A stretch of DNA of 64,000 nt from Candidatus Woesearchaeota archaeon (GTDB lineage Archaea > Nanobdellota > Nanobdellia > SCGC-AAA011-G17 > GW2011-AR20), in the NCBI GenBank assembly GCA_016203115.1, contig JACQNJ010000019.1, forward strand, positions 724 through 64,723, written 5' to 3'. The position numbers and the translations under genes were made by a program. Position 1 is the stretch's first letter, and the number at the start of each line of letters is the position of its first letter. The notes under the pieces are model-generated. The model saw only the letters and a program-made list of their open reading frames with translations, searched no databases and had not been told where the DNA came from. Below, piece after piece: positions 47,552 to 56,737 of this stretch.

Positions 47552-48685
47552 ATGTATCAAAATACTTCAAGAAGAGATTTTTTGAAAAGTACAGGTCTAA
47601 CTACTGCAGGCTTATTTTTACCAAGAGGATTATATGCTTCTAGCAGTTCATTATCTGGAAGGATTACGAATATGTTTTCTGATGCTCCTTACAGCAATGC
47701 AGTTATCACCTTAGTAAATGAGGGAACAGGAGAGGTTTTCAAGACAAGAACCCTGGAAGAGGTTACAGCAGTAGAGCAGTCAAGCTGGGGTCTAATTAAA
47801 AGAGAGCTTAATGGAAGACATAAAAGAGCTTCATTAGATTCTGGTTCTTATTTCATTGATTTGCCAGATGGCGTTTATATAATGGCTATTACAGATGAAG
47901 AAATTCCATCAGCAAAGCCAGCTTCTCAAGATTTGTTTTCTTTGCAATTTGATCCTCAAAAAAACCCTTTTGTTCCAAGAGTTTTCAGGTTAAGAGTAAA
48001 TGGCTCTACTGAATATCATGAAAATGTACTGCCAAAAGATTTTGATTTGGAATTTGCCTGGACTGTTTTAAACGGAAAAGTTGTAAGATATGATTATGAT
48101 AATACTACATTTTATGTTGATGCAAGTCCTGCTAGGAATAACCATAGGCCAGATCCTAATGGAAAATTACCTCAACAATGGGAAATTGACAATGTGGTAA
48201 ATGGAATTAAAGAATTTGTTACTTTAAATACTCAAGGTAAAGTTATACCAAGAGTTGAAATTGGAACTAATCCTCCAGGAGATGTAGTTCCGGGATTCAC
48301 TAAAAATCCAAGTGGAGGAAATATGGTTACCACAGGATATGCTCTATTTTTCTGGGATAGTGGCTTACCTACAGGTGCAGACGGGACGGGTTTACCTTGG
48401 ACAAGTGACACAAATAAGATAGTTTCGTCAAGTGCAAGGTATAGACCTGGAAAGACAACAAAACATACAGCAATGAATGAAGTTGTTGGAAGTGCAGGGT
48501 TACACGGAGAACCAGGAACAAACTATGATTTAGATAAAAGAATTCAAGATACTGGAAGTTCTATTTTCTTAGATGTTGGTACAGATGAAATAACAGAAAG
48601 AGACGCTCAAATAATCAAATATCACGGCGCAAGGCCACTAGGAACAAGAGCACTAGATATTACTGAAAGAATAGTTAATGAATAA
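47552..48685 (+). CDS. Tat-signal secreted protein with carboxypeptidase-regulatory-like N-domain and degenerate metallopeptidase-like C-domain
   Basis: SRRDFLK; SGRIT..AVITL..GSY.I.LP.GVY; HTAMNEVVGSAGL...SIF...TERD. Confidence 0.7.
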   Translation: MYQNTSRRDFLKSTGLTTAGLFLPRGLYASSSSLSGRITNMFSDAPYSNAVITLVNEGTGEVFKTRTLEEVTAVEQSSWGLIKRELNGRHKRASLDSGSYFIDLPDGVYIMAITDEEIPSAKPASQDLFSLQFDPQKNPFVPRVFRLRVNGSTEYHENVLPKDFDLEFAWTVLNGKVVRYDYDNTTFYVDASPARNNHRPDPNGKLPQQWEIDNVVNGIKEFVTLNTQGKVIPRVEIGTNPPGDVVPGFTKNPSGGNMVTTGYALFFWDSGLPTGADGTGLPWTSDTNKIVSSSARYRPGKTTKHTAMNEVVGSAGLHGEPGTNYDLDKRIQDTGSSIFLDVGTDEITERDAQIIKYHGARPLGTRALDITERIVNE

Positions 48686-49086
48686 GTATAGCTAATTTTA
48701 GTTCTTTTTCTATTTTTCTTTTCTTCAATTAACTAAAAGTTAACCAAGCTACCATTTTTCTATTAAATTTTATATTCTCCTTTCCCCATCCCTGATATTT
48801 CATTCTTTAGTTTATTGCTAAAGTTTACCAACTACAAAATTGATCTACCTTTGTTCATATTAATTGAGGAAACTTCCACTCACAAATTCTATTTTCTTAT
48901 TGGAAGAAAATACAAAGATAGACTCCCTGCCTATCACTTTTATTTTTTTACCGTATAAGTATAATCCCGACTTTCCTGACAAGGCTATTATTTTTTTTAA
49001 TTTATATTTTTTTATAAATTTTTATCTTGTTAATTGTACTTCTGACCATTTTAAGCCCTGTTTCTTACGTTGATAAAAGATTGCTA

Positions 49087-51627
49087 TCAATCAAACTCCT
49101 TAGTAACCATCTTTATTGCCTTAAACCCTAATGATCCTATAGCAATAAATATCACCAAAGAAATTAAAATAAAAACCCAATCAACGAGTGCTAAGGGAAC
49201 AGCATCAAAATAATTTCTAAAAGGAGTATAAATTACTATTAACTGTAAAATAAAGCTTGACAACACAGCCCCAATAAGCCATTTATTGCTAAATATCTCC
49301 AATTGATACTGGCTTCTAATCATATAAACCCTTCCCAATTCAAATATGACAAGTGAGGTAAACACAACAGTCTGGGCCTTCGCAACATTATCTAAATTTA
49401 ATTTAAATAATGTTAAGCAGATAATAGTGAGCAATATTCCAACCATAAGAATATTAAGCCACATGTTCCCATCAACAATCCTCTCTTTAGGGTTTCTTGG
49501 CTTCCTATTCATAACATCTCTAGTAGTATTATCAACGCCTAAGGCTAAAGCAGGCAGTCCATCTGTAACTAAGTTAATCCATAAAATCTGGACAGCAGTT
49601 AAAGGAATGATAACAAGATTGTCAACTTTAAAAGCCAATAAAATAGCAAAGAACAATATCATCACTTCTCCCATATTGCTGCTTAATAAATAATTGACAA
49701 ATTTCTTGATATTATCGTAAATTCCTCTTCCTTCCTCAACAGCCTTCGCAATGCTAGTAAAATTATTATCCAGCAGCACCATATCGCTCGAATCCTTGGC
49801 AACATCAGTTGCAGTCCCAACAGCAACACCAATATCAGCTTTCTTCAATGCAGGAGCATCATTAATTCCATCTCCAGTCATAGCTACTATCTCCCCATTA
49901 GCCTTCAAAGAGTCTAATATTCTCACCTTATGCTCAGGATTCACTCGAGCAAAGATATCAGTAAATCTCACTCTGTCCTTAAGAGTCTCATCATTCATTG
50001 CATCTAGCTCCTCTCCTGTAATTACTTTATCTCCTAGCCCAATTTGCCTTGCAATTGCCTGTGCAGTGATTTTATGATCTCCAGTAACCATTATGACTTT
50101 TATGCCTGCTTTCTCGCAATCCTCAATAGATTTCTTAACATCTGCTCTTGGAGGATCAATCATTCCAGTCATCCCGATGAATACCAAATCTTTTTTTGTT
50201 TCATCTAAAGAATAAGCAAAAGCCAGTACTCTTAATGCTCTACTAGCCATCTTCTCATTAACCTCAAGAATCTTGTTTTTATCCCTGCTGGTAATCAGTC
50301 TAACTCTATCACCAACTTGTATATACTTGCACATCTTCAATGCAGTTTCAACAGCTAGTTTATAATTCCAATATCTCTTGCCTTTAATTTCACATAAAAA
50401 AGCAGAATATTTTTTCTCAGAAGTAAAAGGATCCTCATCAATCTTCTTAGCTTCAATTTTATATTTTGAAGCTAAATTTGATAAGGCAATGTCAGTAGGA
50501 TCAGTTAACTTTTCAATTCTGTGTTCCCCAACATCATTGCTTAAATAAACTGTTTCCAAGAGTTTAGATTTAGGCAAGGTATCAGTAACTTTAATTATGT
50601 CTTCATTAAAATAAATCTCCATTACAGTCATTTTATTTTGTGTTAAAGTACCAGTTTTATCTGCACATATCACAGTAGTACTTCCTAAAGTTTCAACAGA
50701 GCTTAGTCTTCTTACTAAAACATTATTCTTTAGCATTTTCTGAACTCCAAAAGCTAAGCTAATTGTCACAACAGCAGGAAGTCCCTCAGGTATAGCGGCA
50801 ACAGCAATGCTCATAGAAACAAGAATCATGGTTACTAAATCCTCCCCCCTAAAAATCCCAGTTCCAAGAATAACAAAAGCAATGACAATAACAGCAATTC
50901 CTAAGCTTGTCCCTAATTTATCTAATTTTTTTTGCAAAGGAGTCTGTTCCTCCTCTTCCTGGATCATCTTAGCTATCTTCCCAACTTCGCTATTCATCCC
51001 TGTTGCAACAGCAATCCCTTTTCCTCTTCCATTCACAATTGTAGTTCCAGAAAACACCATGTTTTCCCTTCCCCCGACATCCTTAACTCCAGAAACAGCT
51101 CCAATTCTCTTCTGCACAGGCACAGATTCCCCCGTTAGCAAAGACTCATCAGTTTTCAATTCATAAGATTCTATTAAATAGCAGTCGCTAGGAACAAAAC
51201 TCCCTGCTTCTAATAAAACTAAATCTCCAGGGACTAATAAGTGAGTATCAACTTCCATAGCTTTACCATCTCTAACAACAAAAGTTTTAGGTACTGAAAA
51301 TTTCTTTAACGCCTTGATTGACTTCTCAGCCTTATATTCTTGAAAAAACCCCAAAAGAGTATTTAAAATGATGATAGCCCCAATAACAATAGCATCTAAT
51401 TTCTCTCCTAAGAATAAAGAGATAAGAAAAGCCCCGATTAAAATATAAACGACAATGCTGTTAAACTGGGAAATTAATAATTTTAAAACTTTTATACCCT
51501 CTTCTTCCTTAAGTTTATTAGCTCCATATTTCTCAAGCCTTAATTTCGATTCTTCTTCTGCTAATCCCTTCTCGCTTGTCTGAAGCTCCTCAAAAATCTG
51601 GGTCTTTAATAGTTGATAAAACTCCAT
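49087..51627 (-). CDS. P2A-type (Ca2+) cation-transporting ATPase
   Basis: TGES, PEGL, DKTGT, DPPR, TGDGIND, NLVTDG. Confidence 0.95.
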   Translation of the reverse strand: MEFYQLLKTQIFEELQTSEKGLAEEESKLRLEKYGANKLKEEEGIKVLKLLISQFNSIVVYILIGAFLISLFLGEKLDAIVIGAIIILNTLLGFFQEYKAEKSIKALKKFSVPKTFVVRDGKAMEVDTHLLVPGDLVLLEAGSFVPSDCYLIESYELKTDESLLTGESVPVQKRIGAVSGVKDVGGRENMVFSGTTIVNGRGKGIAVATGMNSEVGKIAKMIQEEEEQTPLQKKLDKLGTSLGIAVIVIAFVILGTGIFRGEDLVTMILVSMSIAVAAIPEGLPAVVTISLAFGVQKMLKNNVLVRRLSSVETLGSTTVICADKTGTLTQNKMTVMEIYFNEDIIKVTDTLPKSKLLETVYLSNDVGEHRIEKLTDPTDIALSNLASKYKIEAKKIDEDPFTSEKKYSAFLCEIKGKRYWNYKLAVETALKMCKYIQVGDRVRLITSRDKNKILEVNEKMASRALRVLAFAYSLDETKKDLVFIGMTGMIDPPRADVKKSIEDCEKAGIKVIMVTGDHKITAQAIARQIGLGDKVITGEELDAMNDETLKDRVRFTDIFARVNPEHKVRILDSLKANGEIVAMTGDGINDAPALKKADIGVAVGTATDVAKDSSDMVLLDNNFTSIAKAVEEGRGIYDNIKKFVNYLLSSNMGEVMILFFAILLAFKVDNLVIIPLTAVQILWINLVTDGLPALALGVDNTTRDVMNRKPRNPKERIVDGNMWLNILMVGILLTIICLTLFKLNLDNVAKAQTVVFTSLVIFELGRVYMIRSQYQLEIFSNKWLIGAVLSSFILQLIVIYTPFRNYFDAVPLALVDWVFILISLVIFIAIGSLGFKAIKMVTKEFD

Positions 51628-51644
51628 AAAATGATATATAGTGT

Positions 51645-52253
51645 TTAATATTTAAGCCTATTTTTTATAAGGCAAATCAGGCTAATCAGCAAAAACAAGG
51701 AGAAAACAGTTGCGATTATTCTCAAAAATATATCATAAAACAGGTTATAAGTATAAATATTGACAATATTCTCCCCTACACCAAATATCCATGAATTCTC
51801 TTCAAAAAAGACTTCATGAAACAGAGTGAATAGGAAGTTATAGTCTAAAAAAGTCAAAAGAATAAGAATTAATAAAAGTAATAAACCAGAAAGCCCAGAT
51901 AATAAAAATAGCTTGTCTAATGAATTTTTAAAAAAATAAATAAAAATAATTAAAGCAAGAAAAGAAGCAAATAGAAGGATATATCCTATGAGGAATAAAA
52001 TCCTGACATCTCTCAAATGCTCTTTCTCTTTTTCATTAAAAAAATCAGTTTCTAAATTATTTTTAAAAAGGAAGTAGCCAAATACCTCAGAGTTCACATT
52101 ATCAACTTCATCTTTTCCAAAAGTTGCATAAGCTCCATTTTCTTCAAATTTATCAGAGTAAAATCCCTTGTTAAAAATATGGACTAAAGAGCTAAAGAGG
52201 ATAATAAATAAAATAAAAGATACAATAAATAAAACTTTAAAATATTTTTTCAT
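51645..52253 (-). CDS. TIGR01906/DUF1461 membrane protein
   Basis: EK.HL.DVR.LF, F..FH..FF...W.F. Confidence 0.8.
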   Translation of the reverse strand: MKKYFKVLFIVSFILFIILFSSLVHIFNKGFYSDKFEENGAYATFGKDEVDNVNSEVFGYFLFKNNLETDFFNEKEKEHLRDVRILFLIGYILLFASFLALIIFIYFFKNSLDKLFLLSGLSGLLLLLILILLTFLDYNFLFTLFHEVFFEENSWIFGVGENIVNIYTYNLFYDIFLRIIATVFSLFLLISLICLIKNRLKY

Positions 52254-52713
52254 TATCTAAATTACATTCAGACTTCTCAGCCAAGACCTCTAATTGCTGA
52301 AGTCCGGATAAGCTCTCATTGCCTATCTTCCATAAAGGCACAGAAGATACTCCTGAAGATAAGCATTGGCTGTTAAAGTTTCCTAAAGGTCCGCATTCAA
52401 CATAAACATTTTTGGAGTCTAGCAGCTTTGCTGATTTTTCAAACATAGCCTTTTGTTTTTGGCAGAATGAACACTGAAAAGATCCATAAAATTTCACTCC
52501 TTTTTCACTTAAACAATTAACAAAACCATCATACCTACCGGGTCCCTTTCCTTTTGAATAAAAATAAAATATAGACCCCAAAAGAAGTATTACTACTAGA
52601 ACTATTATAATATATTTTTTAAAGCTTTTTTTAGGCTTAATTTCCTCTGTTTTAATCTGTTGTTGAACCTGTTGCCCTTCCCTTTCTAAAGCTCTCCTTT
52701 CTGCTCTGTTCAT
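52237..52713 (-). CDS. membrane-anchored thioredoxin-fold protein (resembles VKOR-associated Trx domain)
   Basis: FYGS..CSFC..QK..F, YVEC, C...GV..VP.W, G.Q.L..LA..S.C. Confidence 0.75.
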   Translation of the reverse strand: MNRAERRALEREGQQVQQQIKTEEIKPKKSFKKYIIIVLVVILLLGSIFYFYSKGKGPGRYDGFVNCLSEKGVKFYGSFQCSFCQKQKAMFEKSAKLLDSKNVYVECGPLGNFNSQCLSSGVSSVPLWKIGNESLSGLQQLEVLAEKSECNLDNEKIF

Positions 52714-52717
52714 AAAA

Positions 52718-52936
52718 TCAAGCCTCTTCTACCTTGATGCAGTTTACTGGACAAACCTCAGCAGCTTCCTTATTTTTTCCTAATTCTTTAACAGTCCTAT
52801 TCCTCTCAGTAGCTTTAATCTCCCCTTTAAACTCGCCTTCACTTTGCTCTTTGACTTCAAAATTTTCAGGGCAGGCTGCCTCGCAAGCTGCACAGCCTAT
52901 ACAGGTATGCTTATCAACTTCAATTTTATATGGCAT
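52718..52936 (-). CDS. ferredoxin (single 4Fe-4S)
   Basis: CIGCAAC...CP...CPVNCI. Confidence 0.92.
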   Translation of the reverse strand: MPYKIEVDKHTCIGCAACEAACPENFEVKEQSEGEFKGEIKATERNRTVKELGKNKEAAEVCPVNCIKVEEA

Positions 52937-52953
52937 TTTAACCTCTCAAGAAT

Positions 52954-53169
52954 TCATTTTGAATCCTTAATACTTACCTTTACTTTAGGCTTTCCAACAG
53001 TTCTTAAATTTCTTAAAACAAAGTTAGTTATATTGCGCCTTTTTAGCCAGTCTAAAGCCTTTTCCTCGGATTTGAAAGCCTTTGGTTTGTCTCTTTTAGC
53101 TCTTTTAGCATGTCTCAAGTGGGTAGACATATACATTTTTCTCTTGACCCTGGTATGTACTTTTTTCAT
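52954..53169 (-). CDS. small basic hypothetical protein
   Basis: KVHTR.KRK...KPKAF.SEE.A..W pattern. Confidence 0.6.
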   Translation of the reverse strand: MKKVHTRVKRKMYMSTHLRHAKRAKRDKPKAFKSEEKALDWLKRRNITNFVLRNLRTVGKPKVKVSIKDSK

Positions 53170-53273
53170 ATTCTAGGACTAAGAATAACAATTTTAAAGC
53201 TTTTCTGTTCATCAATCCACAAGTTAATAGCAGCATTAATCGGTTTTATAAGTTTTTTTCAATATAGTCAATT

Positions 53274-54443
53274 ATGAAATTCACCCATTTAGCAGATTGT
53301 CATATTGGCGGTTGGAAAGAAGAAAAGTTAAAGGAATTAGGCATAGAAAGCTTCAGATACGCAATAACTAAGTCCATAGAGGAAAATGTAGGATTTGTCC
53401 TAGTAGCAGGAGACTTATTTAACACTTCTTTGCCAGATATCAACATAATCAAGGAAACAAGTGAAATTCTAGCTAATCTAAAAGAAAAAGACATTGATTG
53501 TTATATCATCCCTGGAAGCCATGATTTCTCGCCATCAGGAAAAACAATGCTTGATGTCTTGGAAAAAGCAGGATTGGTAAAAAACGTATTCAAATTTGAA
53601 AATAATAAATTAACCTTCACAACAGACAAGACAAACACAAAAATAACAGGAATTCTAGGATTAAGATCCGGATTGGAAAAAGAAAAATTCAAAGCATTGC
53701 CAAAAGACCATTTAGAAAATGAGCAAGGTTTTAAAATCTTCATGTTTCATACTATCTTAGAGGAATACAAGCCAAAAGATATGGAAAAGGTTGAAGGGGA
53801 ATCCATAAGAAATTTCCCAAAAAACTTCAATTATTATGCAGGAGGGCATGTCCATTATCTCCTAGAAAAAGAGTTTGGAAAAGGAAAAGTAGTCTATCCT
53901 GGCCCATTATTTCCAAATAATTTCAAGGAATTAGAAGAGTTAAAGCATGGAAAATTTTGCATCGTAGATGATGCACTAAATGTCAGAAGAGAGAATGTAA
54001 AACTAAAAGAAACACTTAGTCATTATATAAATGCAAATGAAAAAACCCCCGAACAAGTTGAACAAGAAATTCTAGAAAAAATAAAAGACTACAAAGATAA
54101 AATTATTTTATTGAGAGTAGAAGGGATACTAAAATCAGGAAAGCCTTCAGATATTAATTTTAAAAGAATATATGAAAGCTTAGAAGATTCTTACTGCATA
54201 TTAAGAAACACCAACAAACTAACAAGCAAAGAGTTTAGTGAAATAAAAATTGAGTCTGGAGACATAGAACAGGTTGAGCAAAGAATCATTGAAGAGAGCA
54301 TAAAAGACTTCAAGGAATTCGGAAATTCTGAATTAATCAATCTTCTAATACATTCATTAGATCTTGAAAAGGGAGAGGGTGAAAAAAATATAGATTTTGA
54401 AAAAAGAGTAATTGAATCTGGAAGAAAAGCGCTAGAAGAATGA
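53274..54443 (+). CDS. mre11: Mre11 DNA repair nuclease
   Basis: DCHIG, AGDLF, GSHD, FH, GHVH; ATGA overlap with rad50. Confidence 0.92.
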   Translation: MKFTHLADCHIGGWKEEKLKELGIESFRYAITKSIEENVGFVLVAGDLFNTSLPDINIIKETSEILANLKEKDIDCYIIPGSHDFSPSGKTMLDVLEKAGLVKNVFKFENNKLTFTTDKTNTKITGILGLRSGLEKEKFKALPKDHLENEQGFKIFMFHTILEEYKPKDMEKVEGESIRNFPKNFNYYAGGHVHYLLEKEFGKGKVVYPGPLFPNNFKELEELKHGKFCIVDDALNVRRENVKLKETLSHYINANEKTPEQVEQEILEKIKDYKDKIILLRVEGILKSGKPSDINFKRIYESLEDSYCILRNTNKLTSKEFSEIKIESGDIEQVEQRIIEESIKDFKEFGNSELINLLIHSLDLEKGEGEKNIDFEKRVIESGRKALEE

Positions 54444-56485
54444 TAATAAAAAAAATAAAATTGAACAATATAAGGAGTTATACTGAGAATGTTATAGACA
54501 TACCAGAAGGAAGTGTATTATTAAGCGGGAATATAGGTAGTGGAAAATCAAGTATTCTTTTAGCAATAGATTTTGCTTTATTTGGATTAAGAAAAGGGGA
54601 GTTAACTGGCTCTGGATTGCTAAGAAATGGGGAAGACAAAGGAAGTGTAGAATTAGAGTTTGAATTAAATAATTTAAATATAGAAATAAAAAGAACATTA
54701 AAAAGAGCCGGCGAAAGCGTAAGCCAAGACACAGGATTTATCAAGATTAATGAAAACAAAGAAGATCTTAGTGCGATTGAATTAAAAGAAAAAATACTAA
54801 ATTTACTGGGCTATCCAAAAAGCCTTCTTACAAAAAGTAAAAACTTGATATTTCGTTATACAGTGTACACCCCACAAGAAGAAATGAAGGAAATTCTAAC
54901 TGGGGACAATGATATAAGGTTAGATACATTAAGAAAAGTTTTTGGAATTGACAAATACAAAAGAATAAATGAAAATGCAAAGATACTTGTTTCAAGTTTA
55001 AAAGAGCAAAGGAAAGAGCTAGAAGGGAAAACAAGCGATTTAGACGAAAAGGTTAGAGATAGGGAAAAGAAAGGCAAGGAATATCTTGTTTATCATGAAA
55101 AGAAAATAAGTATAGCACCATTAGTAGAAGAAATAAAAGAAAAAATAAAGGCAAAAAGAGAAGAAATAAAAGAAAAAGAAACCGAGAGAGAGAAAATAAG
55201 CAATCTAAAAAGAGACATATCAATAAACAAAAATCAGATAGTCTACAAACAAGAAAGGATAAATAAAAATAAAAGTGAAATTGAAGTTCTTGAAAAATTC
55301 ATTTCTGAAAATAAAAAAATAGAAACTACAGACATTTCAGTAATAAAAAAAGAAATAGAAGAATTAAATATAAAAATAAAATCTTTAGAAACAGAAATTT
55401 CAGATCTTAATTCAACAAAAAGTGAGGCAGCAATAGAAAAAAGAAGTTCTGAAAGCCTAATCAGTTCAGTAAATAGTTTAGACATATGCCCAATTTGTAA
55501 GCAGAAAGTAGAAGAAAGGCATAAGCATGATATTGAAGAAGTTGAAAGAAAAAAGGAAAAGGATGCAGACAATATAATCAAAGAAGTTTTAATTAAACAA
55601 GAAAAGATAAACAAGGAATTAGAAAAGATAAAGTATGAATACGAAAGGAAGAGAGAAGTTGAAAGAAATACTGAACTAAATTCATTAAAAAACAAAAGAA
55701 TAGATGAAAAAAAAGAGTTAAAGATAAAGTTAGAGTCAGAGATAAAAGAGGCAGAAAAAGAAACAGAATTATTCATTGAAAAAAATAAAGATCTTGAAAA
55801 GCAGGTTAGTCAATTTGATATTACAGTCTATGACGTAATAAAAAATGAATTAGATTCTTTTCTGGTTCAGGAAAGAAGATTAGATATAGAAAAAGCAGGA
55901 TATGAAAAAGACCTTGAAAGAATTCAAATAGAAAAAGAAAGATTAGACTTAGAAATAAAAAAGAAAACAAAAGAAAAAGAGGAAATAAACAAGTTAAGTA
56001 AACTCATATTTTTCATAAGCGAACATTTCACAGAATTAATGGAATTAATGGAAAGAAAAATAATGCTTAAAGTTCATACAGACTTTGATACATTATTCCA
56101 GAAATGGTTTTCAGTCCTTGTAGATGATGAGGTTATTAAAGTAAAGTTAGATGAATCCTTTACTCCAGTAATAGAGCAGCAAGGATACAATATAGAGTAT
56201 ACTCATCTAAGCGGAGGAGAAAGAACAGCAGCTGCATTATCTTACAGGTTAGCTCTTAATCAAACAATAAACAAAATTATAACAGAAATAAAAACAAGAG
56301 ATATTATCATACTTGACGAGCCCACAGATGGTTTTAGCTCTGAACAGCTAGATAGAATGAAAAATGTTCTGGAAGAAATAGAAGCAAAACAAATAATTCT
56401 TGTAAGCCACGATCCAAAAATAGAAAGCTTTGTAAATAAAGTTATAAGAGTAGAAAAGCAAGGAGGAGGTTCAAGAATAATTTAA
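54440..56485 (+). CDS. rad50: Rad50 ATPase with short coiled-coil
   Basis: NIRSY, GSGKSS, CPIC zinc hook, LSGGE, LDEPT, SHD. Confidence 0.92.
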   Translation: MIIKKIKLNNIRSYTENVIDIPEGSVLLSGNIGSGKSSILLAIDFALFGLRKGELTGSGLLRNGEDKGSVELEFELNNLNIEIKRTLKRAGESVSQDTGFIKINENKEDLSAIELKEKILNLLGYPKSLLTKSKNLIFRYTVYTPQEEMKEILTGDNDIRLDTLRKVFGIDKYKRINENAKILVSSLKEQRKELEGKTSDLDEKVRDREKKGKEYLVYHEKKISIAPLVEEIKEKIKAKREEIKEKETEREKISNLKRDISINKNQIVYKQERINKNKSEIEVLEKFISENKKIETTDISVIKKEIEELNIKIKSLETEISDLNSTKSEAAIEKRSSESLISSVNSLDICPICKQKVEERHKHDIEEVERKKEKDADNIIKEVLIKQEKINKELEKIKYEYERKREVERNTELNSLKNKRIDEKKELKIKLESEIKEAEKETELFIEKNKDLEKQVSQFDITVYDVIKNELDSFLVQERRLDIEKAGYEKDLERIQIEKERLDLEIKKKTKEKEEINKLSKLIFFISEHFTELMELMERKIMLKVHTDFDTLFQKWFSVLVDDEVIKVKLDESFTPVIEQQGYNIEYTHLSGGERTAAALSYRLALNQTINKIITEIKTRDIIILDEPTDGFSSEQLDRMKNVLEEIEAKQIILVSHDPKIESFVNKVIRVEKQGGGSRII

Positions 56486-56495
56486 TAAAGGAAAA

Positions 56496-56735
56496 ATGCC
56501 AAAGAACACTATAAAATCCAGAAATATGATAAAAGCTAGAGAAGAAGCAAAAAAATCAACAGGAAGAAGATTTTGTGAACATTGTGGAGAAAAACTAAAC
56601 TTTGGTTGGGTTACAACATTTTATAATCTCGAAAAGAAATATCTTAGGTTTCCTAGATTGGTTACAGATGTAAAAGGATGGGAAAAGTATAGTAAGAACA
56701 AATGTGAATATTGTGGAAATTGGAAAAGAGAATAA
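56496..56735 (+). CDS. small Zn-finger protein
   Basis: CEHCG...CEYCG. Confidence 0.65.
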   Translation: MPKNTIKSRNMIKAREEAKKSTGRRFCEHCGEKLNFGWVTTFYNLEKKYLRFPRLVTDVKGWEKYSKNKCEYCGNWKRE

Positions 56736-56737
56736 TC

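Noticed and set aside
48864-49073. 69-aa plus-strand ORF
   Set aside because: TTG start, no RBS, and strand composition suggests any coding relic is on the minus strand
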